From Chrysemys picta bellii (lineage: Eukaryota): a stretch of 64,000 nt of DNA. Within the stretch, counting starts at the first letter, position 1; the number at the start of each line of letters is the position of its first letter. Shown piece after piece: positions 23,580 through 35,389 of this stretch. The position numbers and the translations under genes were made by a program. The notes below the pieces were generated by a model that saw only the letters and a program-made list of their open reading frames with translations, was not told the DNA's origin and did not search any database. Location of the stretch: assembly GCF_011386835.1 (NCBI RefSeq), contig NC_088802.1:372001-436000 (forward strand). The letters are read 5' to 3'.

Positions 23580-26500
23580 CTAATCCGAGTCCGACAGAAC
23601 GATGATCTCCTCCGGGTCACACTGAGTCGCCACGCTGGTCTGGGGAAAGAGCAGGGCAGGGACACATGGTCAGGCCACCTCTCACCCAAACTGGCATCCC
23701 CACTCACCCCCCATCTCAGCCAGCCCCTCACCTTGCAGGCCTTGGGCAAGAGGCGCTGGCACAGCTGCGGGCTGCCCTGGGAGCTGCTGACCAAGCTCTC
23801 GAAGGGCGAATCGGCACGGGTGGAGTCAGGCAGGGGGCTGCGGGGCAGCAGGCCATCTAGCGGCAGCTCCAAGTCCTCATCCTCTGAGCCGATGCTGTGA
23901 ACCTCCAGGCAGCTGCTGGCAAGGGCGGGAGAGATGGGGTCATGGGGGAGGGGACAGCATGGGTGGCACCTGGAGTCAGCCCATCACACCAGGGGCAGGG
24001 TTCCTTCTCCTGCATTGCACCCCCATACCAGGGCCCACCCTCCCCCTGGCAGTCCAAGAGGGAAGATGGTTCTTGAACCCATGGGCCCCTTGGAACAGGC
24101 TCTACTCCCCAGCCCCCTTCACCGCTGGGGATGGCTGGACACGGAAGGGCTGGAGTGGCCACCATACCTGACAGTAACTGCCCCCCAAGGCCCCCCATGC
24201 AAAGACCCCCACACCCATTGCTGTAGTTCCCAGTCAGGAGCAGGACAAGGGAGGGACCCACAGTGTCAGCTCCAGCCCAGCATCCCTCCTTGATGTGCAG
24301 AGCCCGTTCCTTCTCCCCTGCCGTCTCCTCACCTGTCACACACAGCTCCCCCCACCTCACACACTGCCTGCCTGGCCTGTCTCCCCTTGCCCCCACCTGT
24401 TGCCACAGGGCAGCTCCTGGCGTCCCCTCTTGCAGGCTGGGGGCCCAGCGCTGCCGTTGAAGCTGGTGGAGCTGATCATGCTGCCCCCGTTCTCCAAGGG
24501 CCGGGCAAGGGGGCTCCTGGGGACAGACAGCTGCCTTCTCTTGGCAGGGGGTTGAGTCCGGAGCCCGGAGTCCCCCATGCCACCTCCCTCCTGCTTCACC
24601 GCGAAACTAGCAGGCTCCTTCAGGGAGACCTCCTGCTCAGTCCGTGAAAAAGACCGTCTCAGGGGAGGCGGGGCCCAGTGGGGTGGCCTCAGAGGGCTCT
24701 GGGACAAGGGGGCAGCCTTTGGGGTGGCCTCAGAGCCCCCTGGGAGTTGAGGGGAGGGGGGTGGTGTTTCGCTGAGTTCCAGGGGCAGCGCCTCAATCTC
24801 CAGCACAAACAGCTCCTGCACCGGGCTGAATGGTGGCCCCTCCTCCTCCTTGGGGGACGGGGGCCCCTGGCCCTCTGCAAGGGGCAGGGGCTCCTCATCT
24901 TCATCCTCTTCTTCGTCCTCCTCATCCTCGTCGTCCTCATCCTCGTCCTCCAGATCCTCCCCGCCTGACGAGCATGGCAGTGGCTCCAGGCCCGGCTCCA
25001 GGCCCAACTCCATGCACTGGTCCTCCTGGTCCCCTGCCGTGTCCTCACCTGCTGCTTCTGCATCTAGGAGAGTCACCACAGAATAGGACCAGGAGTCCTG
25101 GCTCCCAGCCCCCCTGCTCTAACCCACTGGACACCACTCCCCTCCAGAGCCAGGGACAGAACCCAGGAGTCCTGGCTCCCAGTGCCCCCCTGCTCTACCC
25201 ACTAGACACCACTCCCCTCCCAGAGCTGGGATAGAACCCAGGAGTCCTGGCTCTGTGCGGTACGTACCTTGCATGGCTGCATCCTCTTCTTCCTCCTCCC
25301 CACCTTCTTGGCTCTGCTGCAGCTCCTCCTCAATGTCTGTGTCTGATGACGGCTCTTCCTCCTCCGAGTCATCGTCATCCTCCTCACTGACCGCAAGTGC
25401 CCCTTGGCTTGTGGCGCTCGTGCTGGGGCTGCCCTGGGGAGGGTGGAGAAAGGGGCGTAACGCCAGCTGTGTCCCCACAGGCCTGTCTACAAACTCCCTT
25501 CGTTTCCCTACTCCCACCCCCACACACAGCCTCTCCACGCTGGGAGCCCTGCTGTCAAGTGCTGTGCAGCTACAGGGCACAGCTCACGCAGGCAGCCCAG
25601 GAGCCCGAAGTACTCCTTCCCCACGCAGGGGGCTGGGCAAAGCACATGGCACAGCTTGGGAGCTGTATGCACCCCACCTCACCTGCGGTTGGGGCTGCCC
25701 CTCCCCTGGGTCTGGCGCCATGGGGCAGGGTGGGGCAGCAGCCCCTCCTGCCGGGGGGTGGCGCTGCCACGGGCTTGGGCAGCTCTCTTGCGGACACGCT
25801 CCTCCTCCTCGCTCTCGTCCTGCAGCTGGGCATAGCGCGAGACGACACTGTCCAGCCGCGTCAGCGCCACCTCGCGGTTCTCCCGCAGCCGCCGGGCCAG
25901 TGCAGAGTCCCTTCGGGCAGGGTCAGTGTCTGCACACGGGGGGGAGGGGGTCAGAGGGGCCCCGAACGGAAACACTCCCCCTCCCATCCCCAACCTGGGA
26001 TAACCCCACCTGCCCTTCTCTCTACTATGACTGGGTAGGGCCTCGTCTGTCCTTCCCTGCCCTCCCCAACCAATGCTGCCCCACCCCTGAATGGTTTCAC
26101 CAGGCCAGCAAAAGTTATGTCCTGCGTGCCCTCTCACCAGCCCAGCACTGGTCAGTATGCCCCCCCTTCCCCCCTCTCACCGGGCCGGTACTGGTTGGTA
26201 CACACCCCTGCGCATGCTCTCACCGGGCCGGTACTGGTCATTATGCATCCCTTCCCTCCCCACGCTCTTACCAGGCTGGTACGCATCCCCCCCCGCACCC
26301 CCCCAGGCCAGTACGCCCCCCGCCCCTGCCCCATTCCCCCGCGCTCTCACCAGGCCGGTATGCCCCCCCCCCCCCATGCTCTCACCAGGCCGGTACTGGT
26401 CAGTACGCCCCCCCCATCCCCCCCGCGCTCTCACCAGGCTAGTACGCGCCCCCCACCCCCCATGCTCTCACCAGGCCGGTACTGGTCAGTACGCCCCCTC

Positions 26501-28756
26501 CATCCCCCCGCGCTCTCACCAGGCTGGTACGCACCCCCCCCCAATCTCCCCATGCTCTCACCAGGCCGGTACGCCCCCCGCCCCATCTCCCCATGCTCTC
26601 ACCAGGCCGGTACTGGTCAGTACGCCCCCCGCCCCATCTCCCCATGCTCTCACCAGGCCGGTACTGGTCAGTACGCCCCCCCCCATCCCCCCGCGCTCTC
26701 ACCAGGCTGGTACGTGCCCCTCCCCCCATCTCCCCACGCTCTCCCCAGGCTGGTACGTGCCCCCCCCCCATCTCCCCATGCTCTCACCAGGCCGGTATGC
26801 CCCCCACATGCTCTCAGCAGGCCGGTACTGGTCAGTACGCCCCCCCATCCCCCCGCGCTCTCACCAGGCTGGTACGCGCCCCCCCCCCCCCCCATCTCCC
26901 CATGCTCTCACCAGGCCGGTACTGGTCGGTGAGGTGGCTACCGAAGTTGTAGACCAGGTCGAGGTGGCGCCGCTCCTGCAGGCGGTTGCCCACCTCGCGG
27001 AAGGCATCCAATGCCATGCTCTGCATCTGGCGCTTGGCCAGGCCCAGGCTGTGGCGGGCACTGGCCTTCTGGATCACCTTGAGGATGTCAGTGTAGTCGG
27101 GGAAGACGTCGGGCCGGTTGATGAAGCGCTCGATGCGCCGGTTGACCTCCGGGTAGCGGGTGCCCCGGTAGGGGATGCGCTGCTCGATCACCCGGCCCGT
27201 CAGGCTGCTGCACTGCTTGAGCTGGCACAGCCGCTCGAAGATGTGCATCATCTTGCGCTTGAGCCGGCTCTCCTGCAGGTAGGTGGAGTCCTCGTTGTCC
27301 AGCTCAGCCAGGTCCAGCTCCCGCTCCTGCAGCCGCCGGATCTCCCCCATGTAGACACGCAGCAGGTTCTCCAGGTAGCGGATTTGCCGCTTGGAGCCAG
27401 TGCCACGCTGTCCCGACGTCCCCTCCCCCTCCGCCTCGGGCGCTGCGGGCTCCGGCTGGTGGGGGGCGGTGGGGGCTGGGGCTGAGCTGAGCGCCAGCTT
27501 GCGGCGCTGCGTGTGGGCCTTGAGCACGGTGCACAGCTCGTTGATGTAGACGTAGACTTTGCTGCGCTTGCTCTGCACACGGGTCAGGCAGCGCCCCAGC
27601 ACGTTGCGAAACTCAGCTGAGGCCAGGAACTCGGCACCGGCCTTCTGGTGCCGGCTGGCCAGGAATGGGATCACCTCAGGGTGCTCCTCTGTCAGCCGGC
27701 TACAGCACTCCAGGAACTGGGGAGAGAGGCATGGGGGAAGGGTCAGATGGGTGCCAGCACTCCAGGACCAGGCGGAAGGGAGAATGGGTGTCCGGACCAG
27801 GTGGAGACAGAGCTAGGGCGAGGGGCGCACATGCTCACACAACACAGAGGTGGTCACATGGACAGCAGGGCCAGTGGGGCAGGGGACCGAGGGTGGCAGA
27901 GCCCAGGGCAGCAAGGCACTGATGGAAGTCACAGGGCGTTGTGGGGAGTGGACCCGGCTCAGGGGAGAGGGCTTGGGGGGACAGGGCCCCTGTTCACAGG
28001 AACGCCTCCCCGAGCACTTTCACTTCCCAGGGTTTGATAAAGAACCAAAACCAGAACCTCCTCCCCCCAGCTGGGTCAGCCCTGGAAACCCACTCATCTC
28101 CACCCCTCCCAGATCCCACAAGCCGTGGGCTGTTCACGCTTCAAGCCACACAGGCCTCCCTCCCAAGCCCCTTTCACAACGGGGGAGGGGGGGAGCGGGC
28201 TGGGCTCAGACCCACAGGGCAGGATCAGCCCAGTAGACTTAGCCAGGGCAGAGTAAGCCCCAAGCCTCACAGGCTAGCTGACTGAGGAATGAGACACGGG
28301 GCCTTTCCCGTCTAGGGGGTGCTGGCTCCAATCCAGCCCCAGAGGTGGCTCAGGGGGGTGGGGAATGGGACACGAGACCTTTCCCCTCCAGGGACTGGCT
28401 GGCTCGGGGGGCAGGGAACAGGATACAGGGTGGGGGATATGCGGAAGGGACACAAAAGTCCATGGCTGTGGGAGGGGTATATGTGGGGGCGGGGGAAAAC
28501 AGGGGTACATAGCTAGGGAAGGCCATACATGGGCGATGGGGACTCTACCAGGGGCACTCACCTCTGCAAAGAGACGTTCATTCTCAGTCTTGAAGCTGCC
28601 ACCATGCTGGGCCAGGGGATCTGGTTTCTTGGTGGGGGTCCCACTGGGCTGGGGGGAGGCAGAGGCGGGCCCTGGGGGCTCCCTGGGCATAGGTGGTGGC
28701 AGCCCCTCCTCCTCATCATCCAAGATGATGATGTTGCTCTCCACTGTGGCAGCCAT
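23580..28756 (-). CDS. DAXX: Death domain-associated protein 6 (DAXX), ~774 aa, 7 coding exons
   Basis: Exons 28756-28562 (SIM-N NIIILDDEE...KTENERLFAE), 27716-26912 (FLASAEF, YVYINELC, YRGTRYPEVNRRIE), 25929-25683, 25433-25268 (acidic), 25063-24397, 23915-23732 and 23639-23580 (TSVATQCDPEEIIVLSDSD*, SIM-C). Exon 25929-25683 is 1 nt short of phase. Confidence 0.97.
25088..25255 (-). repeat. ~2.3 tandem ~75-bp tRNA-derived units filling a DAXX intron
   Basis: Unit ccaggagtcctggctcccag...ctctaacccactggacaccactcccctccagagccagggacagaac; the reverse strand has A-box-like and B-box-like motifs. Confidence 0.7.
26130..26911 (-). repeat. ~45-bp minisatellite containing copies of the DAXX exon end and 5' splice site
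   Basis: About 17 copies of (ACTGACCAGT)ACCGGCCTG|GTGAGAGC, matching the real junction at 26912. Confidence 0.92.
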
Positions 28757-29269
28757 GGGGGTAGGTCACTGCCTGGGTTGGGGATCAGAGCTGCAGGGGG
28801 GGCCTGAGGGCAGGGCACATCCCGGAGGGGGGGCCCACGGGGAGTAACCCCCACAGTGCAGGCGGTCTCAGTCCCAGGGGGCACTGCCTGCATGGGGAGA
28901 TAGAACTGTGAGTGCTGGATCTACCCCCAGTATCCACTGTGTAGCCTTAACTCCATGCCAGGCCCAGTACCCACCCCCAATGCCAATCCTACTTCCCTAT
29001 ATACCCCAGCCAGTAACCAGCGCCTGCCCTATATCCCCCCCACCACATACCTAATGCTTTCCCTATATAGCCCCTCACCCACCCTGGGATCCAGCATCTG
29101 CCTCATCCCCATCCTGTACCTGCCTCTCACCCCCCCCGGTACACAGCCCCCATCCTGTAGCTATCCCATATCCAAACCTCACCCCATCCCCGGGAGCCAC
29201 CCTATATCTCCCCCCCACCCTGCTACCCACATATCACTTCACCCCAGACCTTACCCCACCTATAGCCAT

Positions 29270-29393
29270 TAGGGTGACCAGACAGCAAGTGTGAAAAATC
29301 GGGACAGGGGGTGGGGGGTAATAGGAGCCCATATAAAAAAAATGCCCAAATATTGGGACTGTTCCTATAAAATCAGGACATCTGGTCACCCTA
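29270..29393. mobile_element. hAT (Blackjack-like) MITE in DAXX intron 1
   Basis: TIRs TAGGGTGACCAGA...TCTGGTCACCCTA with a perfect 8-bp TSD ATAGCCAT (29262-29269 and 29394-29401). Confidence 0.93.
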
Positions 29394-29639
29394 ATAGCCA
29401 TACACATCCCATACCCCATATCTGTCCTCAGGCCCTGTCGTCCCCCCCGCCCCCACCCCAGAGATCCTCCACCCCCCCAGGCCCTGTCCCCGCCCCACAG
29501 ATCCTCCCCGACCCCACCCCACAGATCCTCCACATCCCGCCCCCCCACCCCAGAGATCCTCCACCCCCCCCAGGCCCTGTCCCCGCCCCACAGATCCTCC
29601 CCGACCCCAAGCGCCCCCCCCCGACACCCCAGGCCCTGC

Positions 29640-30620
29640 CCCGCCCCCCAGCCCTCGCGCGCTCACCCTCCTCCTGGTTCCTCCTCCGAAGCCCAGCACC
29701 GGAAAAACCGAGTTCCCCTCCTCCCCGGAGTGCGCAGGACCGGAAGTGGCCCTTTGTTACCAGCGGGCGCCGCCATGATAGCGTACGGCGATAGGTTACG
29801 GAGCTGCGGCCCAATCAGAGCGAGGGATTGCCTCTGGGTCTGGAGCCGCGACAAGAGCGTCGCATACGCCGAGCCAATGAGCGAACGAGACAAGACGCGA
29901 CCCGCCGTCTTCTTGTACAGCCCTTACGTTACCGCACATGGGAGCGGCCATTTTCCCGTACGGAAAGTGCCTTCGTCTTTCTTACGTCACGTAATCCCGT
30001 TCCGCCAATCAGAGGCCTGAGACCCATGCTAGACCGTCCCGTCCCACGGGAGAGGAGTCGGGGCTGCTCTGTTGCACCTTGAGGGAGAGGGGCGGACTGT
30101 TCCATTCCATTATGGGTGGGGGCGGTCCCAGGCCGCCTATGGGGGGGGGGAATGCCCTTGGACGCGCTGTACATCCGGGCACTGTTCTGTTCCCTCAGGC
30201 GGTCGGGTAGACCATTGTTCCATTTAAGGAGAGGGGCTGGACTGGACCCGATGAGCTACCGTACAACATGGAGCGCTCCACGGCTCAAACCTATCCTAGC
30301 ACCGCCCAAGCCTGCTCAGTGCGCACGCGCGGCTTGAATAAAGCCGAGTGACAAGATGGCATCTGACAGCTGGGTTTGCGCATGTGCCGCTCAGCCTGTC
30401 CCTGAGAAGATGGCACCCCCGCTCGGCAGCCGGCGGTGGGTACCTATCGCGCCTGCGCGGTTTGTTCCATCCATCAGGCGGGCCTATTGCCCCATCCCGT
30501 GGCCGCTGCCTCCGGCTCGCCACTGTCGCGGCGAGTCACGTGTACGCCGTACACAAACATGGCAGCCGCTAATGGCCGTGTACGGAAGTGGGAGCAGCCA
30601 TTGGCGCATGCGCAGGGGTG
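29640..30620. promoter_or_regulatory. CpG island: DAXX non-coding exon 1 and promoter, plus a distal motif cluster
   Basis: Minus-strand donor G|GTGAGC at 29667; ETS CCGGAAGT (~29740, ~30583); CCAAT boxes (~29812, ~29874, ~30005); CRE-like ACGTCACG (~29984); NRF1-like GCGCATGCGC (~30604); YY1-like AAGATGGC (~30353, ~30408). Confidence 0.8.
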
Positions 30621-30630
30621 CTTCTCGGAG

Positions 30631-30763
30631 CTGTCAAGTATCAGGGGGTAGCCGTGTTAGTCTGTATCTACAAAAACAACAAGGAGTCTGGTGTCACCTT
30701 AAAGACTAACAGATTTATTTGGGCATAAGCTTTCGTGGGTAAAAACCTCACTTCTTCGGATGG
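30631..30763 (-). mobile_element. Penelope-like element terminal fragment
   Basis: Reverse complement of the 57960-58060 terminus (gaaagcttatgcccaaataaatctgttagtctttaaggtg). Confidence 0.8.
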
Positions 30764-30779
30764 AGCTGTACTGACCCAC

Positions 30780-32858
30780 GGCAGGCAGAGAGCCTGCTTC
30801 AGCCCTGCTGTGCTGCCGAGCGGTCCAGAGCCTGCAGCCCTGATCCCCGTCCCAGAGACCACCCCCTCCTGCACCCCAACCCCCTGCCCTGAGCCCCCTC
30901 CTGCACCCCAATCCTCTGCCCCAGTTCTGAGCCCCCTCCTGCACCCCAATCCCCTGTCGCTGCCCTATACCCCCTCCCAGAGACCACCCCCCCTCCTGCA
31001 CCTCAACTCCCTGCCCTGATCCCCGTCCAGAGACCACGCCCCCCTCCTGCACCCCAACTCCCTGCCCTGAGCCCCCTCCTGCACCCCAATCCCCTGTCGC
31101 TGCCCTATACCCCCTCCCAGAGACCACCCCCCTCCTGCACCCCAACTCCCTGCCCTGATCCCTGTCCCAGAGACCACCCCCTCCTGCACCCCAACCCCCT
31201 GCCCTGAGCCCCCTCCTGCACCCCAATCCTCTGCCCCAGTTCTGAGCCCCCTCCTGCACCCCAATCCCCTGTCGCTGCCCTATACCCCCTCCCAGAGACC
31301 ACCCCCCCTCCTGCACCTCAACTCCCTGCCCTGAGCCCCCTCCCAGAGACCACCACCTGCCTGCACCCCAATTCCCTGATCCCCCTCCTGCACCCCAACC
31401 CCCTGCCCCAGTTCTGAGCCACCTCCTGCACCCCAAACCCCTGTCCCTGCCCTATGCCCCCTCCCAGAGACCACACCCCCTCCTGCACCCCAACTCTCTG
31501 CCCTGAGCCCCCTCCCAGAGACCACCACCTGCCTGCACCCCAATTCCCTGATCCCCCTCCTGCACCCTAACCTCTTGCAGCCCAACCCCCCATCCCTGCC
31601 CTGAGCCCCCTCCTGCACCCCAAACCCCTGTCACTGCCCTAAGCCCCCTCCCAGAGATTACCCCCTCCTGCACCTCAACTCCCTGCCCTGAGCCCCCTCC
31701 TGCACCCCAATCCCCTGTCACTGCCCTAAGCCCCCTCCCAGAGACTACCCCCTCCTGCACCTCAACTCCCTGCCCTGAGCCCCCTCCCAGAGACCACCAC
31801 CCGCCTGCACCCTAACCCCCGTCCCTGCCCTGAGCCCCAATCCTAACCCAACCCCCTGCACCAAGCCTCCTGCACCCCAACCCCTGTCCCTGCCCCAATC
31901 CCCTCCCAGAGACCACACCCCCTCCTGCACCCCAACTCCCTGCCCTGATCCCCCTCCTGTATCCCAACCCTGTCCCTGCCCTGAGCCCCCTCCCCGAGAC
32001 CACTCCCCCTCCTGCACCCCAACCCCCTGTCCCTGCCTTAAGCCACCTCCCAAAGACCACCCCCCTCCTGCACCCCAACCCCCTGCCCTGGGCCCCCTCC
32101 CAGAGACCACACCTCCTCCTGCACCCCAACCCCCTGCCCTGAGCCCCCTCCTGCACCCCAATCCTGTGTCGCTGCCCTACGCCCCCTCCCAGAGACCACA
32201 TCCCCTCCTGCACCCCAACTCCCTGCTCTGAGCCCTCTCCCCGAGACCACTCCCCCTCCTGCATGCCACGGCCCCTTCTGGAGCCTGCACCCCAACTCCC
32301 AGCCCTGAACCCCCTCCTGCACCCAAACTGCCTCCTGGAGCCCGCACTGCCCCTTGACCCAGCCCTGAGCCCCCTCCCAGAGCCCACACCTCTACCCCCG
32401 TCCTGTACTCCAACCTCCTACCCAATCCTGGAGCCCTCATCCCCTCCTGCACCCCAACTCCCTGCCCCAGCCCTGAATCCTCTCCTGCACACAAACTCAC
32501 TCCCAGAGACCACACTCCGTCCTGCACCAATACCCCCAGCCTGGAGCCCTCTCCTGGAGCCCCCTCCCACACCCAAACTCTCTCTCCCAGAGCCTGCTCC
32601 CCAACCCCCTGCCCCAGCCCTGAGCTCCTGCCCGGAGCCCCCTCCCGCACCCAAACTCTCTCTCCCAGAGCCTGCACCCCAGCCCTGAGCCCGCTCCCAC
32701 TCCTGCACCCCAACCACCTGCCCCAGCCCAGTGAAAGTGAGTGAGGGTGGGAGAGAGCAACTGACAGGGAGGAGGGAAGCAGTGAGTGGCGTGGGGCAGG
32801 GGTGTGGCCTCGGGGCAGGGGTGTTTGGGTGTGTGTGATTAGACAGTTGGCACCCCTA
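30780..32858 (-). repeat. ~2-kb ccccctcctgcacccca minisatellite, probably the interior of a non-autonomous hAT element
   Basis: Dozens of tandem units; the right end reads TAGGGGTGCCAACTGTCTAAT on the minus strand, which is TIR-like. Confidence 0.75.
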
Positions 32859-33199
32859 CTTGGGCCCCTGGTGACCTGCCCTGCCCCTGAGTGGAATTGG
32901 GGGGTGGGGGTGTCTGCCGGGGCTGGCAGTGGAGATGGAGCTGGTAGATGAACAGCAGCAGAGAGGCTCTCACACGGGGAGACCCTACGTTCCTGGCCAG
33001 AGAGACCTGGTTCCAGCTGACGACAATACAGCCAAGGCCCAGCTGGGCGGTGGAGCAGCTGAATGAGGGTCTAGATCAGGCTCTCACTTTCCCTAAAACC
33101 ATATTGTCACTGGGCACCCACCTAGAGGCTCGGACAGTGACACCCCCCCCCCCCCAGGCCCCGAGTGCACGCAGCCAGCAGCTGTAAAAGACCTTTTAT

Positions 33200-35091
33200 G
33201 TCCAGCACTCACGCTGAGTCCGTACCAGTATTAAAAACAAGAAGCAAGACAAGCAGCAGGGTTTGTTTGAACAGTGCATAGTCCCCTGCTTCCACTCCAT
33301 CTATCTGGCTGAACATCGCTATGGCCTTGGGGCCCAGTAAGGGGGTGAGATGCCAGAGCCTGTTTGCAGGGTCAATCTGGTGCACATTGCAGCCTTCTCA
33401 AAAGCAGTAAGGAAGGCATCTTATCCTCCCTTCCTTAAACTGGCGCAGGCAGCAACTTTATATCTGAGTTCCCTGTGGGCTTGGCCACCCTGGGACCATC
33501 CCCACTCACCATGGTAGGGGTCCCTCTGCCTCTCAGCTCTGCCATCGCCAGTTCATGCATGTCTGCTCTTCCCCATACTTCCGCTGTCTCTCACTGTCCT
33601 CCCATTCTTTCAGTTTCAGCTCCACAGTGGGAAGATCCCCTGCTGGTCAGGGAGGTGGGTCCCAGGATCGCCTGGCTGCTCTCAGCCCCTCCCGCGGCCT
33701 CAGTTGGGTTGGGGACTGGTGTGGCCCTTGGGGCTGCCTGGCTGCTCCCAGGCTCTGTCATGGCCCCAGCTGGGTCAGGAACCGGCTCCTTAGAGCGATC
33801 CTCCTTTTCCAACTGAGCAGTGAGCTGTGCCTTGGGGAGCTTTCCAATGTGCAGCCCTCTCTCTGCACAGCTCTACAATGTCCTTCTTAAGGAGATGGTT
33901 ATAGGCCGTCTCCACGCTGTTCCCAAGTGGTCACGGACTCCTAGCCCTGTGCTCTCTCAGCTCCCCAACCACTTCAATGTGACAGCCCTTCTCGGGGGTC
34001 TGCTCTCTCTTGGGGTTAAGCTTAGGCTCCTCCACCTCCTGGAACCGCACCTCTCAGCCTTCAGCATGCCTGCTAATCCCCCTTCGTTCTACTGCTCCCC
34101 CGTCACTCACTGCAGGATACTTTGTCCATGGGGTACAGTTTATCCCACCACTGCCACCAGTTGTCATGGACCCACAGGTCCGTTGCTCTGGAAATGGTCT
34201 GTATGAAGCCAGCCAGGACTCTGGGGTGGCGTGACTCCCTTCAGGGCATGCTGCCTAGGGAAAAAAGCCTCCTCGGCTACCGTCTTCCTGGTCTGACCTT
34301 GGAGCATTCAGCATCCTGGTTCACACCGTACAATTCCCCATGGTGGGTACACCTGGACAGGACCTCTGGGGAAGCCAGAGGGCCCTGCACCCCAACTCCG
34401 CAGTCAGCCATGACTCTCAGCCAGCATTGCAAAACAAGGTTTATTAGCCGACAGGAACACAGGGTAGAATAGATCTTGTTAGCACAGAAATCAGTGACTT
34501 TCAGCCGAGTCCATCTTGGGCAGTGGTTCTCAAACTTTTGTACTGGTGACCCCTTTCACATAGCAAGCCTCTGAGTGTGACCCCCCCCCCTTATCAATTT
34601 AAAACACGTTTTTATATATTTAACACCATTATACATGCTGGAGGAAAAGCGGGGTTTGAGGTGGAGGCTGACCACTCGCGCCATCCCATGTAATAACCTT
34701 GGGACCCCCTGAGGGGTCCCAACCCCCAGTTTGAGAACCCCTGATCTTGGGGGGCCCTGGGCTCCCCTCTTCCAGTCCCCCACAGCAGACTGCCCTGGAT
34801 CCTGCTGCCTGGCCTCCCCCAGGTCCCTTGCTCCTCCTCCGGTCTTTGTCTTGCTTCCCAGGCAAAGTGTCACTTGGTCACATCCCCCTCCTGGGTCTCA
34901 GGTTACAAAGCCATCATCCAGTCAGCTGGGCAGCCTTACCTGCCCCGAGGGCATCAGCAAAAGTCACACACCCAATTCCCACCACTAGGCATTGGTGCCG
35001 TACACAGGGAAATGGAGGTACGCACTGTGTTAGTATAGAACAGTAAGATTCACGTGGAACATAACAGGATGAAAGACCCTGCTTCGTCACA
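33200..35091 (-). mobile_element. Gypsy LTR retrotransposon remnant: 5' LTR, tRNA-Leu PBS and decayed gag
   Basis: LTR 34162-35091 (TGT...ACA). PBS TGGTGGCAGTGGTGGGAT at 34159-34142. Gag-like peptides NHLLKKDIVELCR... and DAFLTAFEKA...LTPLLGPKA...DYALFKQTLL. Confidence 0.8.
34521..34743. mobile_element. hAT (Charlie-like) MITE nested in the Gypsy LTR
   Basis: CAGTGGTTCTCAAAC...GTTTGAGAACCCCTG TIRs with a perfect 8-bp TSD ATCTTGGG. Confidence 0.92.
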
Positions 35092-35389
35092 GCATCAAAC
35101 ACCCATGCACCACCCCACAGCCCCAGTGAGTGCAGAAAGCATTGGTCCCACAGGGCTCCAGCCGCACCCTGCAGCCAAGCCAGGATGGTGGCACCCCTCA
35201 CTTCCTGTTGGCCTGCGCTGTTCCGATGACGCACTCGTTCACCTGGAAGGGGGAGAGATGGAGTTGAGGGGGGAGCTGCAGCATGGTGACATGGGCAACC
35301 CCCTTCCATCTGCCTCTGTTACCTGCACAAAAATCTCTGTTACTCTCGCACTCTGGGGGCATCCACCTTTACCCACTTCCTAGGGCTCA

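Noticed and set aside
26130-26911. CRISPR-like appearance of regularly spaced repeats (also 7620-8050 and 21840-23370)
   Set aside because: The spacers are not unique, there are no cas genes, and the context is eukaryotic introns. These are minisatellites.
30699-32760. Gly/Arg-rich minus-strand ORFs
   Set aside because: They are translations of the ccccctcctgcacccca tandem array.
34142-34159. tRNA-Leu gene
   Set aside because: Only the 18-nt 3' end is matched, adjacent to an LTR. It is a primer-binding site.
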